A program made the translations under genes and the position numbers. From Eledone cirrhosa (taxonomy: Eukaryota), in NCBI GenBank assembly GCA_964016885.1, contig OZ024749.1:37014001-37078000 (forward strand): 64,000 bases of DNA. Reading direction: 5' to 3'. How positions within the stretch are numbered: the stretch's first letter is position 1; every line of letters starts with the position of its first letter. Positions 18,949-32,009 of this stretch are shown piece by piece. The notes under the pieces are model-generated. The model did no database searches and was not told the origin of the DNA. It saw only the letters and a program-made list of their open reading frames with translations.

Positions 18949-18996
18949 TACACACACACACCACATATATATATATATATGTATAACGTAGTACAC

Positions 18997-19050
<54 letters not shown>

Positions 19051-19059
<9 letters not shown>

Positions 19060-19250
19060 TCTATAGAAGGAGCTTCTACAGGACTAGTACTGTTTCATTC
19101 AGATGAAATCTTCAGAAGCTTCCTGAAGATTTCATCTGAATGAAACTGTACTAGTCCTGTAGAAGCTCCTTCTATACAATAAATATATTTTACTCTACCA
19201 TGTATTGAGTACCTTACTTACTGTGGTTATCCCCGACTCAACCCGGGACC
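19051..19250. mobile_element. PLE-like fold-back, family B
   Basis: Arms ~19051-19115 / 19122-19188 plus tail to 19250; paralogues at 52784-52958 and 60497-60666. Confidence 0.8.
19117..19167 (+). ncRNA. type I hammerhead ribozyme
   Basis: AGCTTC-CTGAAGA-T TTC ATCT GAA T-GAAAC-TG TACTAGTC CT-GTA^GAAGCT; 6-bp stem I; predicted cleavage after 19161. Confidence 0.8.
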
Positions 19251-19301
19251 TACGTATATATATATATACATACATATATATATATATATAATATATATAT
19301 A

Positions 19302-19802
<501 letters not shown>

Positions 19803-19805
<3 letters not shown>

Positions 19806-19985
19806 TGTTTACCCTAGCGTCCCCTTTATTTACGTGTCCCAACGACTTTTTTTAGCCGTTGCTCGCACCAACCTTAGGTATATGGTCTTTAAAGCGATGA
19901 AATGCCTATGACGGTTGGAAGACCACTGATGAAGGACAAACTTTTTCATATGTAACCCATTTGCAACGCCGCAGCTCCATTATTA
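19803..19985 (+). repeat. family G dispersed repeat, longest copy
   Basis: Highly similar to 48896-49041; both start GTTTGTTTACCCTAGCGTCCCC directly after (AT)n. Confidence 0.8.
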
Positions 19986-20012
19986 TCATATTTACACACA
20001 CACACACACACA

Positions 20013-20089
<77 letters not shown>

Positions 20090-20091
<2 letters not shown>

Positions 20092-20205
20092 CAAAGGAAT
20101 TGTGGTAAGGAACCAGATGGACCATAACGCACCAGAGTACTCAATACTGAGTCCAGAAATAGCCGTCGAAACGGCTTGAGCTCTGCCGTCGGGGTGATAC
20201 TCTTT

Positions 20206-20210
<5 letters not shown>
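20090..20210. mobile_element. family A PLE-like terminus, truncated and inverted
   Basis: Tail segment to 20148 joined to the inverted segment GTCCAGAAATAGCCGTCGAAACGGCTTGAGCTCTGCCGTCGGGG...TTCCTAT. Confidence 0.75.
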
Positions 20211-20292
<82 letters not shown>

Positions 20293-20299
20293 TGAGAGA

Positions 20300-20560
20300 G
20301 AGACAGGAGACTGTGGTTAACTGGACATGGTCACCGACACTCAGAGTTGACTCTGCACTTAGTGTTGTTGTTATTTTATTGTAATGTCCCCTACACGGAC
20401 ATACTAGAAGAGGAAGACGGAGGTTGACATAAGTTGATGCCCAAAGGACAGACACAGTTCTCTTGGAGACGTAGGACATGGCAGCGATAATGAAGGACAA
20501 ACACCGCTGGAGAGAACTCGTCCATGGCTCTCGGGAATTTTACCCACCCTAGATAGATAG
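20300..20560 (+). mobile_element. 3' end of an RTE-like LINE with (AGAT)n tail
   Basis: Encodes a GHTRRGRRRLT...DMAAIMKDKHRWRELV-type RTE C-terminus; paralogue at ~55205-55420. Confidence 0.6.
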
Positions 20561-20923
20561 AGATATATGTATGTGTGTATTTATATATCTTATGATATAT
20601 TAGGATATCTTGTTGTCCTTTGAAGAGGTAGATATGCTCATTCTTTGTAAATTGTCATAAATTTGTTATAGTTCATCTAAAAAATTGTTCCTATAATTAT
20701 TTCTAAATAGTTAAAATAATAATCTATTTATTCATGAATTTATTTCAGTGAGATTGATAAAATTTACTTCAAATATTTCCATGTAATGTTTTATTTTTCC
20801 TATCGCGTCTCTTGCTTTGCGTTGGTTTTGAAACTTGAATTCTCAATCCGTACCTATAAATCTATATACTTACTGAATTACTTACCTATTTATTTACCTA
20901 CCTACATACCTACATATCTCCAT

Positions 20924-20988
<65 letters not shown>

Positions 20989-21978
20989 CATATATAAACA
21001 CATACAGATCTCTCTCCCTATGTGTGTGTGTGCGTCTGTGTGTATGTGTGTGTAAAAACATACATCTATATATATATATATATATATTTGTGTGTGTAAA
21101 AACATACATCTATATACATATATATATATATGTGTGTGTAAAAACATACATCTATATACATATATATATATATGCGCGTGTGTGTGTATTATTTAAACAT
21201 ATTAAACCTTCATCAGATTGCTGTAGTTTCTCTCTCTCTCTCTCTCTTTCTCTCTTTCTTTCTCTCTCTCTCTCTCTCTTTCTATTCACCAAAAAAAACA
21301 ACAGACGCACAGCCTCACATCTTATGTCTTCAGTAGAACAGACTGTATGCAAGTATAGATAGAAGACACGGGTGCACATTGAGTACGATTTATTGTGTTT
21401 AACCTGTTAACCTGCCTTTGCCTCAGTGGGGGATGATGGGTGGTGACACATTGAAGCTTGGCTTAGATATATATTATATATATATATATTTTCACTCAGT
21501 CATTGAGTTAGTCGCAGAATTCAATATGGACGTCATAGCCCGTCTCAATTGGATACAACAGTAAAATGTATGTTGGTGATGGTGGCGTGGTTCAGTATTA
21601 TGTAATAGCAGCAGAAAAGACATTGCTAAACTGAGCAATGGAACAGAGAGACGTTAAACAGTGCCAAGTCTGAGACAAAAATTGTACTATTCTCTCGACC
21701 ATCTGTTGAGATCAAAAAATTGAGATTATATCATATGTCGTCTTTGTTGCGGTTGTTTTTAGTGTTATTGTTACTGTTGTTGTTATTTTATTGTTAACGC
21801 TGTTATTGTTGTTGTTGTTGGTGCTGGTGGTGCTGTTGTTTTCGTTTCATTTCATTAGGTTACTGTGGTTCGGTACACGGCTTAGAATGCTTCTGTCTTC
21901 TTATGTCAATATATCTCTCTAATTAATCTCTCCGCCCCTCTCTCTCTTTCTCTCTCACCCCCTCTCTCCCTCTCTCTG

Positions 21979-22073
<95 letters not shown>

Positions 22074-22134
22074 GTACCTATCTATCTATTTATCTATCCA
22101 TCTACCTAAATATTTCTCACACTTCACTCCCCCC

Positions 22135-22165
<31 letters not shown>

Positions 22166-22666
22166 GATATATATGTGTGTCTATGTCTATGCGTGTATAT
22201 ATATGTATCTATGATTATATGTATGTGTCTATGTTTGTTTATCTGTATCTATTTTTGTGTATGTATGTATGTATGTATGTAATTATGTATGGTCGATAGA
22301 TAAAGTATCAACCCAATTCTTTGGTTGATTCTCCCTCTATAACTTTTTTCTTATTATCTTCCCTTCTCTGTCTTTGTCTCTGGGAGAAATTGGCTCTGAT
22401 CAGAGCTGGAGAATAATGGTTTCGCCAGGTTCAAATTCTTAAAACACACCGTATGTCATGGCAGTTTTCCCGCAACTATATCTCGAGGTAGTAGACCATA
22501 GATGTATGGATAGATGGATGGATTGATTGTCTACTAATCTAAATTGGTACTCGCCAATAACTAATTCCGTCTATGGAGGAATTTAACTAGAGAGATAGCT
22601 AATGGCCCCATAGCTATTCCGTCATCCTTTAGAGGTAACCATACAGAGAGGGATATGTTGTTACGA

Positions 22667-22885
22667 GGGTTTCTCGCCTGGGCCCAGATTTGCAACGATC
22701 TATAGGTCTAACATAGATAGCGTTGCTATGTGGGTTCCTCGCCGGGCCCAGATTTGTAGCGTTCTATATATCTAAAATGGATAGTGTTGCTATGTGGCTT
22801 ATTTGCCTGGACCCAAATTTGCAACGATCTATAGGACTAACATAGACGGTATTGCTGGGGGTTCCTCGCTTGGGTTCAGATGTGT
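22667..22885. repeat. ~63-bp degenerate tandem repeat (~3.5 copies)
   Basis: Recurrent GGGCCCAGATTTGCAACGATCTATAGG...ATAG..TTGCT. Confidence 0.75.
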
Positions 22886-22984
22886 TCCCTTCTGTTCGCT
22901 TAACATGGTAAACATATTTTTTCCTAAATCAAACAACTCAATCTATAACAGGTATGTTGATGATATATTTAACACGACCGGTAG

Positions 22985-23160
22985 ACTCAGCATGGCCGAA
23001 TGGTTAAGTTTCTCTTCATAATAGGTCTCTGAGTCAATACAACTGCGTGGCATCTTGGGCAAGTGTCATTTAACATAGCCTCAAATCAATTATGGTAAAG
23101 ATACGCTGACTGTTGAGTGAACAACTGGAACAGTGATCGTCGAAACCAACGGGGACCCAT
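22985..23160 (+). mobile_element. old tRNA/CORE-type SINE of a second family
   Basis: TGGCCGAATGGTTAAG A-box-like head followed by CTGCGTGGCATCTTGGGCAAGTGTC (CORE-like). Confidence 0.55.
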
Positions 23161-23269
23161 TCAATTCGTACATTTATATCTAAATTTATGCTGGATTCTT
23201 CTGAAGTAATTAAATTGTTTTCAAGATGTTCATTAAGTCTCCCAGTGAGTTGATGATTATCGATCAGGT

Positions 23270-23425
<156 letters not shown>

Positions 23426-23535
23426 CGAAAGTAGAGAGGAGTATATCGATTTAGTGAATCGTAGTATATATATATGTATGTGTATGTGTGTGTGCGTGCG
23501 TTCGCGAGTGTGTGTATGTATAATACAGTATATAT

Positions 23536-23594
<59 letters not shown>

Positions 23595-23649
23595 ATTATA
23601 TATATATACACATATGTATACGTTTATACAGTTATATATATATATACAG

Positions 23650-23696
<47 letters not shown>

Positions 23697-23699
23697 ATT

Positions 23700-24323
23700 A
23701 TGTCGGGTCACTCTTGAGTGCTACTGGTAACATGTAACCCAGTACAACCTGTCGCATAGTCGGACCGTCGGCGACTAAATCGGCAACCACACCAAGTTTA
23801 CATGGTGAGGAGGGTGATTTTGGACACCCTGCTGGACAAAAACAAACCTGACAAAGGGCGGAAGAACTCATAAGAGTCAACGGCCATCCAAAAGTGTGTA
23901 AATATGTATATACACATGTGCATATGTATGTATATGTATATGTGCATATACATGGGTCCATGTGTATGTATATGTGCGGAGACATAGAAATAGTCGGGCT
24001 GGACACCCGATCGCGTGGTTAAACCACTGGGAGTGAAGGACCCCTAGCATTTGTCAGGACATTCTTCTAAGAGAAGGCACCTCAGGAAACTGGGATAACT
24101 CCGATATAAAACCTGCGGCTCAGTAGTTACCGATGATGTTGATCTTTTCTTCTTTTCGGGTTATAGCTACTGTCGCTCAGAGAGTGGGATTGGCTCAGTG
24201 TACAGTCTTTCCTCACTTTAAAAAATATCTTCATGCACAGGCATTGCACGATAGAATTAATTAATAATTATTAATAATGGTATATCGTGCAATGGCATAC
24301 TCGATAATGAGGGGGCAGCCATC
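23700..24323. mobile_element. fragments of a dispersed element (probably LINE 5' UTR), repeated at 30830-31330
   Basis: 23745-23810 is related in reverse to 30825-30897; 24186-24323 is related to 30986-31329. Confidence 0.55.
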
Positions 24324-24366
24324 ATATATATATATAATGCGTGTGTGTATATATATATACACACAC

Positions 24367-24430
<64 letters not shown>

Positions 24431-24476
24431 GGATATATATATATGTGTTATATATATATACACACACGCATATTTA

Positions 24477-24532
<56 letters not shown>

Positions 24533-24540
24533 TATATATT

Positions 24541-24647
<107 letters not shown>

Positions 24648-24673
24648 ATATATAAATATATATAAATAAATAA

Positions 24674-24713
<40 letters not shown>

Positions 24714-25185
24714 CATATATATATATCGTTCGGTTACCGCGCCGCCGCCCCACATCTTAGACGATGACGCCGCGTCATGAGAACGAAGTGAGCGGCGGCG
24801 AGTCTGTGGCATCGCAGCATGCAGCATGGGTCTTGAACGGGGTCACGTGATCCCCAACCGCACCACTATAAGAGGTCTGTTTAAGGAACGTACCCTATGG
24901 CTTCTAGTGGAACGAGGTCTCTTGGTTCAAGTACGATAGGACAAAATACTTTGATTTGAATCGTACCCAGTTGTCAGGTTTTCCTCAGCATGCGATGTTA
25001 TGTTTTGGCAGCAAGTATTCTACGGTTGAATAGCAGAAATTGTTGTCTTAGAGCCATGCCACTCTGCTACAACTGTCTTTTTTTCTGCTCACAACCTGCA
25101 AGCGAAACCAATAATATATAGGTGACTGATGAAATGATGAAATTAGTTAACCTGGAGAGACATCACTCGTCTATAAACACACATT

Positions 25186-25267
<82 letters not shown>

Positions 25268-25321
25268 AAGAAAAGACACACCAACGCATATTTCCTTTTC
25301 ATTTGGTAATTGCCTACGTAT

Positions 25322-25371
<50 letters not shown>

Positions 25372-25511
25372 TGTATGTATGTATGTATGTATGTATGTAT
25401 GTATGTATGTATGTATGTATGTATGTATGTATGTATGTATGTATGTATGTATGTATGTATATATGTATAGACACATATATAAATAGACACATTTGTATAA
25501 ATATATGTATG

Positions 25512-25588
<77 letters not shown>

Positions 25589-25770
25589 CACATATATAAA
25601 TATATACATTTGTATAAATATATGTTTTATATATAAATATAAATATATATTTGGGGTTATGTTGTGCAAGTAAGTATGAGAGATAACTAAATTAAGTTTA
25701 CACACCCATCAACACCCACACGCACGCACACACCCATCAACTCCCACACACACACCCACACACCCGCATG

Positions 25771-25808
<38 letters not shown>

Positions 25809-25974
25809 TATGGCTATATGCATTTGTTCGCTTTTCTTGGTGTCACACTTTCTTACTTTATTTACTCTGGGCGAAAATGTATTTAATCTTCGGTCCATTG
25901 AGTGCTTTGTGACTGCCTCATGTAATTCTATTTCTATATGCTATATTGCCGTACAACATCGATTTATAAATATT

Positions 25975-26165
25975 CGGTGGATTGGCAGTATCGGTAGAGG
26001 GTCGGACGCCATGCTTTGACGCATTGAGTTACGACCCTTGCCATTCTGAGTTCAAATCCCGCCGAGGTTAACTTTGCCTTTCATCCTTACGGGGTCGATA
26101 AAATAAAGTACCAGTAATACACTGAGTAATTGGTGGCCTTGTGCAAAACCAAAGTAGAAACTATT
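25975..26165 (+). mobile_element. SINE
   Basis: Consensus match. Confidence 0.92.
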
Positions 26166-26231
26166 ATATATATATATATATATATATACTACATACACAC
26201 ACACACATATATATATATTATATATATATAT

Positions 26232-26863
26232 TTCGTTTCTGAATTTGTTTAGCAAGATTCTTTATCTGAAAACGTGTGTTGAAACCGATATTGTTATGCT
26301 TTGGGAGGGTCATGTTGCCAATAAGAAACACACGCACCAGTTGCTTTCACTCCAATTTATTATAAATTAAATTTATAAATTTAAGAATTTATAAATTTCC
26401 GGTTGGCTGGTTGGTTCCATAACTAGACGATTGTTCATATATTGTCAAAGTTCTTTCGTCACACATTCTTACAATTAAGGACAAAATGAAAACACACACA
26501 CAAATAGAACAACAACAACCAACAGTAACATGTAAATAAACAAATAAATAAACAAATAAAAACACACACAGGCACCCGGATGTAACACATGCGCAAACTA
26601 AGCACACAACGCACACAAACACAAGATGGCGTAGGACATAATAAAGGAGAGGCACGAAACAAAGAAAGAATCCCCAGTCACTAAAGAGGTCACAGAATGT
26701 GTGACGAAAGAACTTTGACAATATATGAACAACCGTCCGGTTATGGAACCAACCAACCGGAAATGTATAAATTCTTAAATTTATAAATTTAATTTATAAT
26801 AAATTGGAGTGAAAGCAACTGGTGCGTGTGTTTCTTATTGGCAACATGACCCCCCCAAAGCAT

Positions 26864-26870
<7 letters not shown>
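26232..26870. mobile_element. PLE-like fold-back, family D (~180-bp inverted arms)
   Basis: 26288-26469 is the reverse complement of 26694-26870 with a few mismatches; tail 26232-26287; degenerate minimal HHR GTCA-CTAAAGA-G GTCACA..TGTGAC-GAAAG AA CTT-TGAC at 26677-26719. Confidence 0.75.
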
Positions 26871-26912
<42 letters not shown>

Positions 26913-26913
26913 G

Positions 26914-26945
<32 letters not shown>

Positions 26946-26959
26946 TATATATATATATG

Positions 26960-27145
26960 CGGTATCGGTAGAGAGTCGGACGCCATGCTTTGCAGTACAG
27001 AGTTACGGCTTTTTACGTTCTGAGTTGAAATCCCGTCGAGGTTAACTTTGCCTTTCATCCTTACGTGGTCGATGAAATAAAGTACCAGTAATACACTGGG
27101 ATAATTGCTGGCCTTGTGCCAAAAGTAGGAACAATTATTATTATA
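26960..27145 (+). mobile_element. SINE
   Basis: Consensus match. Confidence 0.9.
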
Positions 27146-27160
27146 TATATATACATATAG

Positions 27161-28156
27161 GCGGCAAATTGGCAGAGCCGTTAGAACGTCGGATAGAATG
27201 GTAGAGTCGCTAGAACGTCGGATAGAATGGTAGAGTCGTTAGAACGTCAGATAGAATGGTAGAGTCGTTAGAACGTCGGATAGAATGGTAGAGTCGTTTA
27301 GAACGTCGGATAGAATGGTAGAGTCGCTAGAACGTCAGATAGAATGGCAGAGTCGTTAGAACGTCAGATAGAATGGTAGAGTCGTTAGAACGTCGGATAG
27401 AATGGTAGAGTCGTTAGAACGTCAGATAAAATGGTAGAGTCGTTAGAACGTCGGATAGAATGGTAGAGTCGTTAGAACGTCAGATAGAATGGTAGAGTCT
27501 TAGAACGTCAGATAGAATGGTAGAGTCTTAGAACGTCAGATAGAATGGTAGAGTTGTTAGAACGTCGGATAGAATGGTAGAGTCGCTAGAACGTCAGATA
27601 GAATGGTAGAGTCGTTAGAACGTCGGATAGAATGGTAGAGTCGTTAGAACGTCAGATAGAATGGTAGAGTCTTAGAACGTCAGATAGAATGGTAGAGTTG
27701 TTAGAACGTCGGCTAGAATGGTAGAGTCGTTAGAACGTCAGATAGAATGGTAGAGTCGTTAGAACGTCGGATAGAATGGTAGAGTCGTTAGAACGTCAGA
27801 TAGAATGGTAGAGTCGTTAGAACGTCGGTTAGAATGGTAGAGTCGTTAGAACGTCAGATAGAATGGTAGAGTCTTAGAACGTCAGATAGAATGGTAGAGT
27901 TGTTAGAACGTCGGATAGAATGGTAGAGTGGTTAGAACGTCAGATAGAATGGTAGAGTCGTTAGAACGTCGGATAGAATGGTAGAGTTGTTAGAACGTCG
28001 GATAGAATGGTAGAGTCGTTAGAACGTCGGATAGAATGCTTTATGGTATTCGTTCCTGCTCTCAGCTCTCTGAGTTCATAACTCACCAAGGTCAATTTTG
28101 CCTTTCATCCTTTTGAGGTCGATAAAAAACGTACCAGTCTTGTACTGGGGTCGATT
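27161..28156 (+). mobile_element. SINE whose 5' head is amplified into a 29-bp tandem array
   Basis: GGCGGCAAATT, then ~30 x GGTAGAGTCGTTAGAACGTC(G/A)GATAGAAT (27171-28038), then B-box region and GCCTTTCATCC..GGTCGATAAA domain. Confidence 0.9.
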
Positions 28157-28577
28157 CTTTCTCTATATCTCTTTTTCATTTCCTCTCTCTCACTTTCTAA
28201 CTTTCTCTGGAAGAAATCTGCTGTATTCAGTCCTGGAGATGGATGAGCTCCGCCAGGCTTAAAATGCCCTAAGAAACGTTGTATGTCAATACATCATCCC
28301 TACGACTCTATCAGGAGTTACGGGGACAATACATAAACAGATAAATACAAACATCCCATATAATGCAGTATGAAATAGTATATGATATAACTAACATATT
28401 ACCCGTAGAAAATGTCGGAGTTTAGAGTGAAAAAAAAAAAAATTAACTGACTAATTATTTGACTGCGACGTTCAATGGAAGATGTTTGAATCCTCGATTT
28501 TCCTTGGCTTTCTATGTCATGTCACTCCGACAATCACCGCGATTCATTTTACATTATTTACATTACGAAGTCAACCA

Positions 28578-28702
28578 CGGCGCTATCTGAGTTCAAATCC
28601 GGCCGTGGTTGACTTTGCCTTTCATCCTTACGGGGTCGATAAATAAGTACCAGTAATGCACTGGGTAATGCTGCCCTTCGTGCCTAAAGTAGAAACAATT
28701 AT
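28578..28702 (+). mobile_element. 5'-truncated SINE with short inverted 5' segment
   Basis: AAGTCAACCACGGC at 28568-28581 is the reverse complement of GCCGTGGTTGACTT at 28602-28615. Confidence 0.8.
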
Positions 28703-29279
28703 TTTAAATTTATGGCAATAATTTTCTTCCATATTTTCTTTTATCACTTTATGTCTGAGTATGTGTGTGTGAGTGTGTGTGTGTGAGTGAGAGGGAGAGT
28801 GAGAGAGAAGCAGGAAGGACGATATGCATGCATGTATGTATGCATGATTGCATGTATGTAAGTATGTATGTAAGTATGTATGTATGTATGTATGTATGTA
28901 TGTATGTATGTATGTATGTATGTATGTATGTATGTATGTATGTATGCATATATGTATGTATGCATGATTGCATGTATGTAATTATGTATGTAAGTATGTA
29001 TGTAAAGTATGTATGTATGTATGTATGTATGTATGTATGTATGTATGTATGTATGTATGTATGTATGTATATTTGTATGTATGCGTGCATGTATACATCT
29101 ATCTGGTCTATTAGAAGTAAAGGTAACTATCCATTCGTTATATATACCCAGTACTGGGTACATTTACCTTGTCTTTTACAGGTAGAGTTAAATTTCGTAT
29201 TTGAAAGCTACTCTCCTGTCCTTTAAAAATAAGGGTAGGGATACCTGTATAAGAGAGAGAGAGAGAGAGAGGGGGGAGG

Positions 29280-29315
<36 letters not shown>

Positions 29316-29795
29316 ATGTCATGAAACTATGCCATTAATTTGATTGGTAGCTCTAGGCGTAAATAACACCTTTGCACTAAATACCAAACAATTGAACCAC
29401 ACCACACCACACCACCATACCGCAACACCACCATGTCACACCACACCACCACATCAGCATACCGTTTCCAACATACCACCACACTGCCACATCACACCAG
29501 CACTGCCACTACATGTCCATGTCACCACACCACATCACCAACATACTACCACACTACCACATAAGCACACAACCACACAACCAGACCACCAGACCACCAG
29601 ACTACCAGACCACCGCACCACGACACCGCCAAAACCACCTCACAACCACACCACCACATCAACACATCACTACCAATAAACGACACCAACATTACACCAC
29701 ACAACCACAGCACTGCAAAGGTCACCAGACTACAACACAACCACACGACCACACAACCAGACAACCACAAGATGAAGGACAATGCAGGAAGAAGG

Positions 29796-29975
29796 AAGTT
29801 CATTGGCTGATTATGAAGGAGAAATGCTAGAGCTGTGAAATCTTGTAAATATTAATTCCAATCTTCCTATTAATAATTGCATTGTTCCTTTCCAGAGACT
29901 ATGTTGAAAACTAAACCTTATTTGATATTCCATGAGAGTATCTTGGTCAGCCTATGAACTTTTCAGCCGACCCTC

Positions 29976-29977
<2 letters not shown>
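29796..29977. mobile_element. mariner-type MITE (left TIR eroded)
   Basis: Ends TCAGCCTATGAACTTTTCAGCCGACCCTCGT; paralogue at 31497-31732. Confidence 0.75.
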
Positions 29978-30065
<88 letters not shown>

Positions 30066-30391
30066 AATCTAACCATCTATTTTGACACTAAAATCTTGTA
30101 TGTATAATGTCCAACCGAGCAATTTGTCAACGTGGATACAACACTCACACACACACACGCACACACACACACGCACACACCCACACCCACACACACACCC
30201 ACATACACACACACACCTATCCACACGCCCAGTGTCTAACAATAATGACACCTTGACAATCTTTACCCTTCTAATATTTTACGGTATTTACAGGTAAGAC
30301 AGGTGAAATATATCCTTCAGTTTGGTAAGTTGACCTCTAGGATATACTGATAATTGATTAATTGGAGATTAGTGGCATTCATCTGGAAATA

Positions 30392-30434
<43 letters not shown>

Positions 30435-31058
30435 TGCATACATACATATATACATACATGACGATGGCTGCAAACTCTGCTAATAGTATTGCAATCGCTT
30501 GTCAGATTACAGAAAATGGTGCACTTTCAGGATATGGCCAGCCACACGAACCTGTAACATATCCTGAACAAGCAATGCCTGAGCTCTTGAAGGTTTTTTT
30601 AAAGTGGGGAAAGGGCTTGCACTCGTCCAATCCCACTCTCTGAGCATCGAAAACACTACCCGAAAAGACGAACTGGTCAACATCATCGGATGCTTCCGAA
30701 GCTGTAGGTTTGTGACATTCCCAGGTAAAAAAAAAAAGGTACTATTTGAATGACCGTTGACTCTGCTGAGTTCCTACGCCCTTTGCCGAGTCTTCTATTT
30801 CATCCCGCAGATTGTACAAATATTAACCTCCTCACCAAACAAGCTTGGTGAGGTTGCCGGTTTAGTCGCCGACGACCAAACCATGAGGCAGGTTGTACAT
30901 ACATATACATACATACCTACCTACCTACCTACATACCTACCTACCTACCTACCTATCTACCTGCCTACATACATACATACATACATGATGGCAGCCCCCT
31001 CGTTATCGAGTATGGCCATTGCACGATATGCCATTATTAATAAGTATTAGCTAATTCT

Positions 31059-31245
31059 TTGGCAGTATCGGTAGAGGGTCGGACGCCATGCTTTGACGCA
31101 TAGAGTTACGGCCGGCCCTTGCCATTCTGAGTTCAAATCCCGCCGAGGTTAACTTTGCCTTTCATCCTTACGGGGTCGATAAAATAAAGTACCAGTAATG
31201 TACTGGGTATTTTCTGGCCTTGTGCCAATAGTAGAAACAATTAAT
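31059..31245 (+). mobile_element. SINE nested in another repeat
   Basis: Consensus match flanked by ATTAGCTAATTCT / ATTAATTAATTCT (imperfect target duplication). Confidence 0.9.
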
Positions 31246-31496
31246 TAATTCTATCGTGAAATGCCTGTCCGTGAAGATATGGGATTGGCTCAGTGCACAG
31301 TTTTTCCTCACTTTAAAAAATATCTTCACATACATACATACATACATATGTACACACACATATATATATGTCTATGCATCCCTGGGGATTGCTCAGCAGG
31401 CTGATCCTTAGATCAAATATCATGAACACTCGTCGTCAGTACAGGCGGAGGTTCGAATCACACGCACACCTACTAATGAGTGTGTATTTTCATGTG

Positions 31497-31732
31497 CGAG
31501 GTTTCGATGAAAAGTTCATAGGCTGTCTATGAAGATATGATGCTAGAGCTATGAAATCTTGCATGCAGTAATATCAACTCTTCTTATTAATAACTGCATT
31601 GTCTCTTTCTAGGGACTATGTTGAAAAATAAACATCATTTGGTCATTCCATGAGAGTATCTTGGTCAGCCTATGAATTGTTCAGCCTATGAACTGTTCAT
31701 TCAGCCTATGAAATTTTCAGCCGAACCTTGTA
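31497..31732. mobile_element. mariner-type MITE with ~28-bp TIRs
   Basis: CGAGGTTTCGATGAAAAGTTCATAGGCTG ... CAGCCTATGAAATTTTCAGCCGAACCTTG-TA; the inner TIR part TCAGCCTATGAA is triplicated. Confidence 0.75.
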
Positions 31733-31765
31733 TATAATACAAAAATACACACATACACACACGCT

Positions 31766-31840
<75 letters not shown>

Positions 31841-32009
31841 GCGTGCGTGCGTGTGCATAAGTGTGTGTATGTGTGTGCTGTCATAGAACAAACACAAATA
31901 AAAAAGAATAAGCTCATTTATAATAAAATTTATAATTCATTTGAACGTCTTTAAGACGAAGTGTGTTTTGTCAGATGTCATGTAATGTGATAGTGTAAAG
32001 TCCTGCCTT

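Noticed and set aside
27171-28038. CRISPR-like array of 29-bp repeats
   Set aside because: No unique spacers and no cas genes; the unit derives from a SINE head in eukaryotic DNA.
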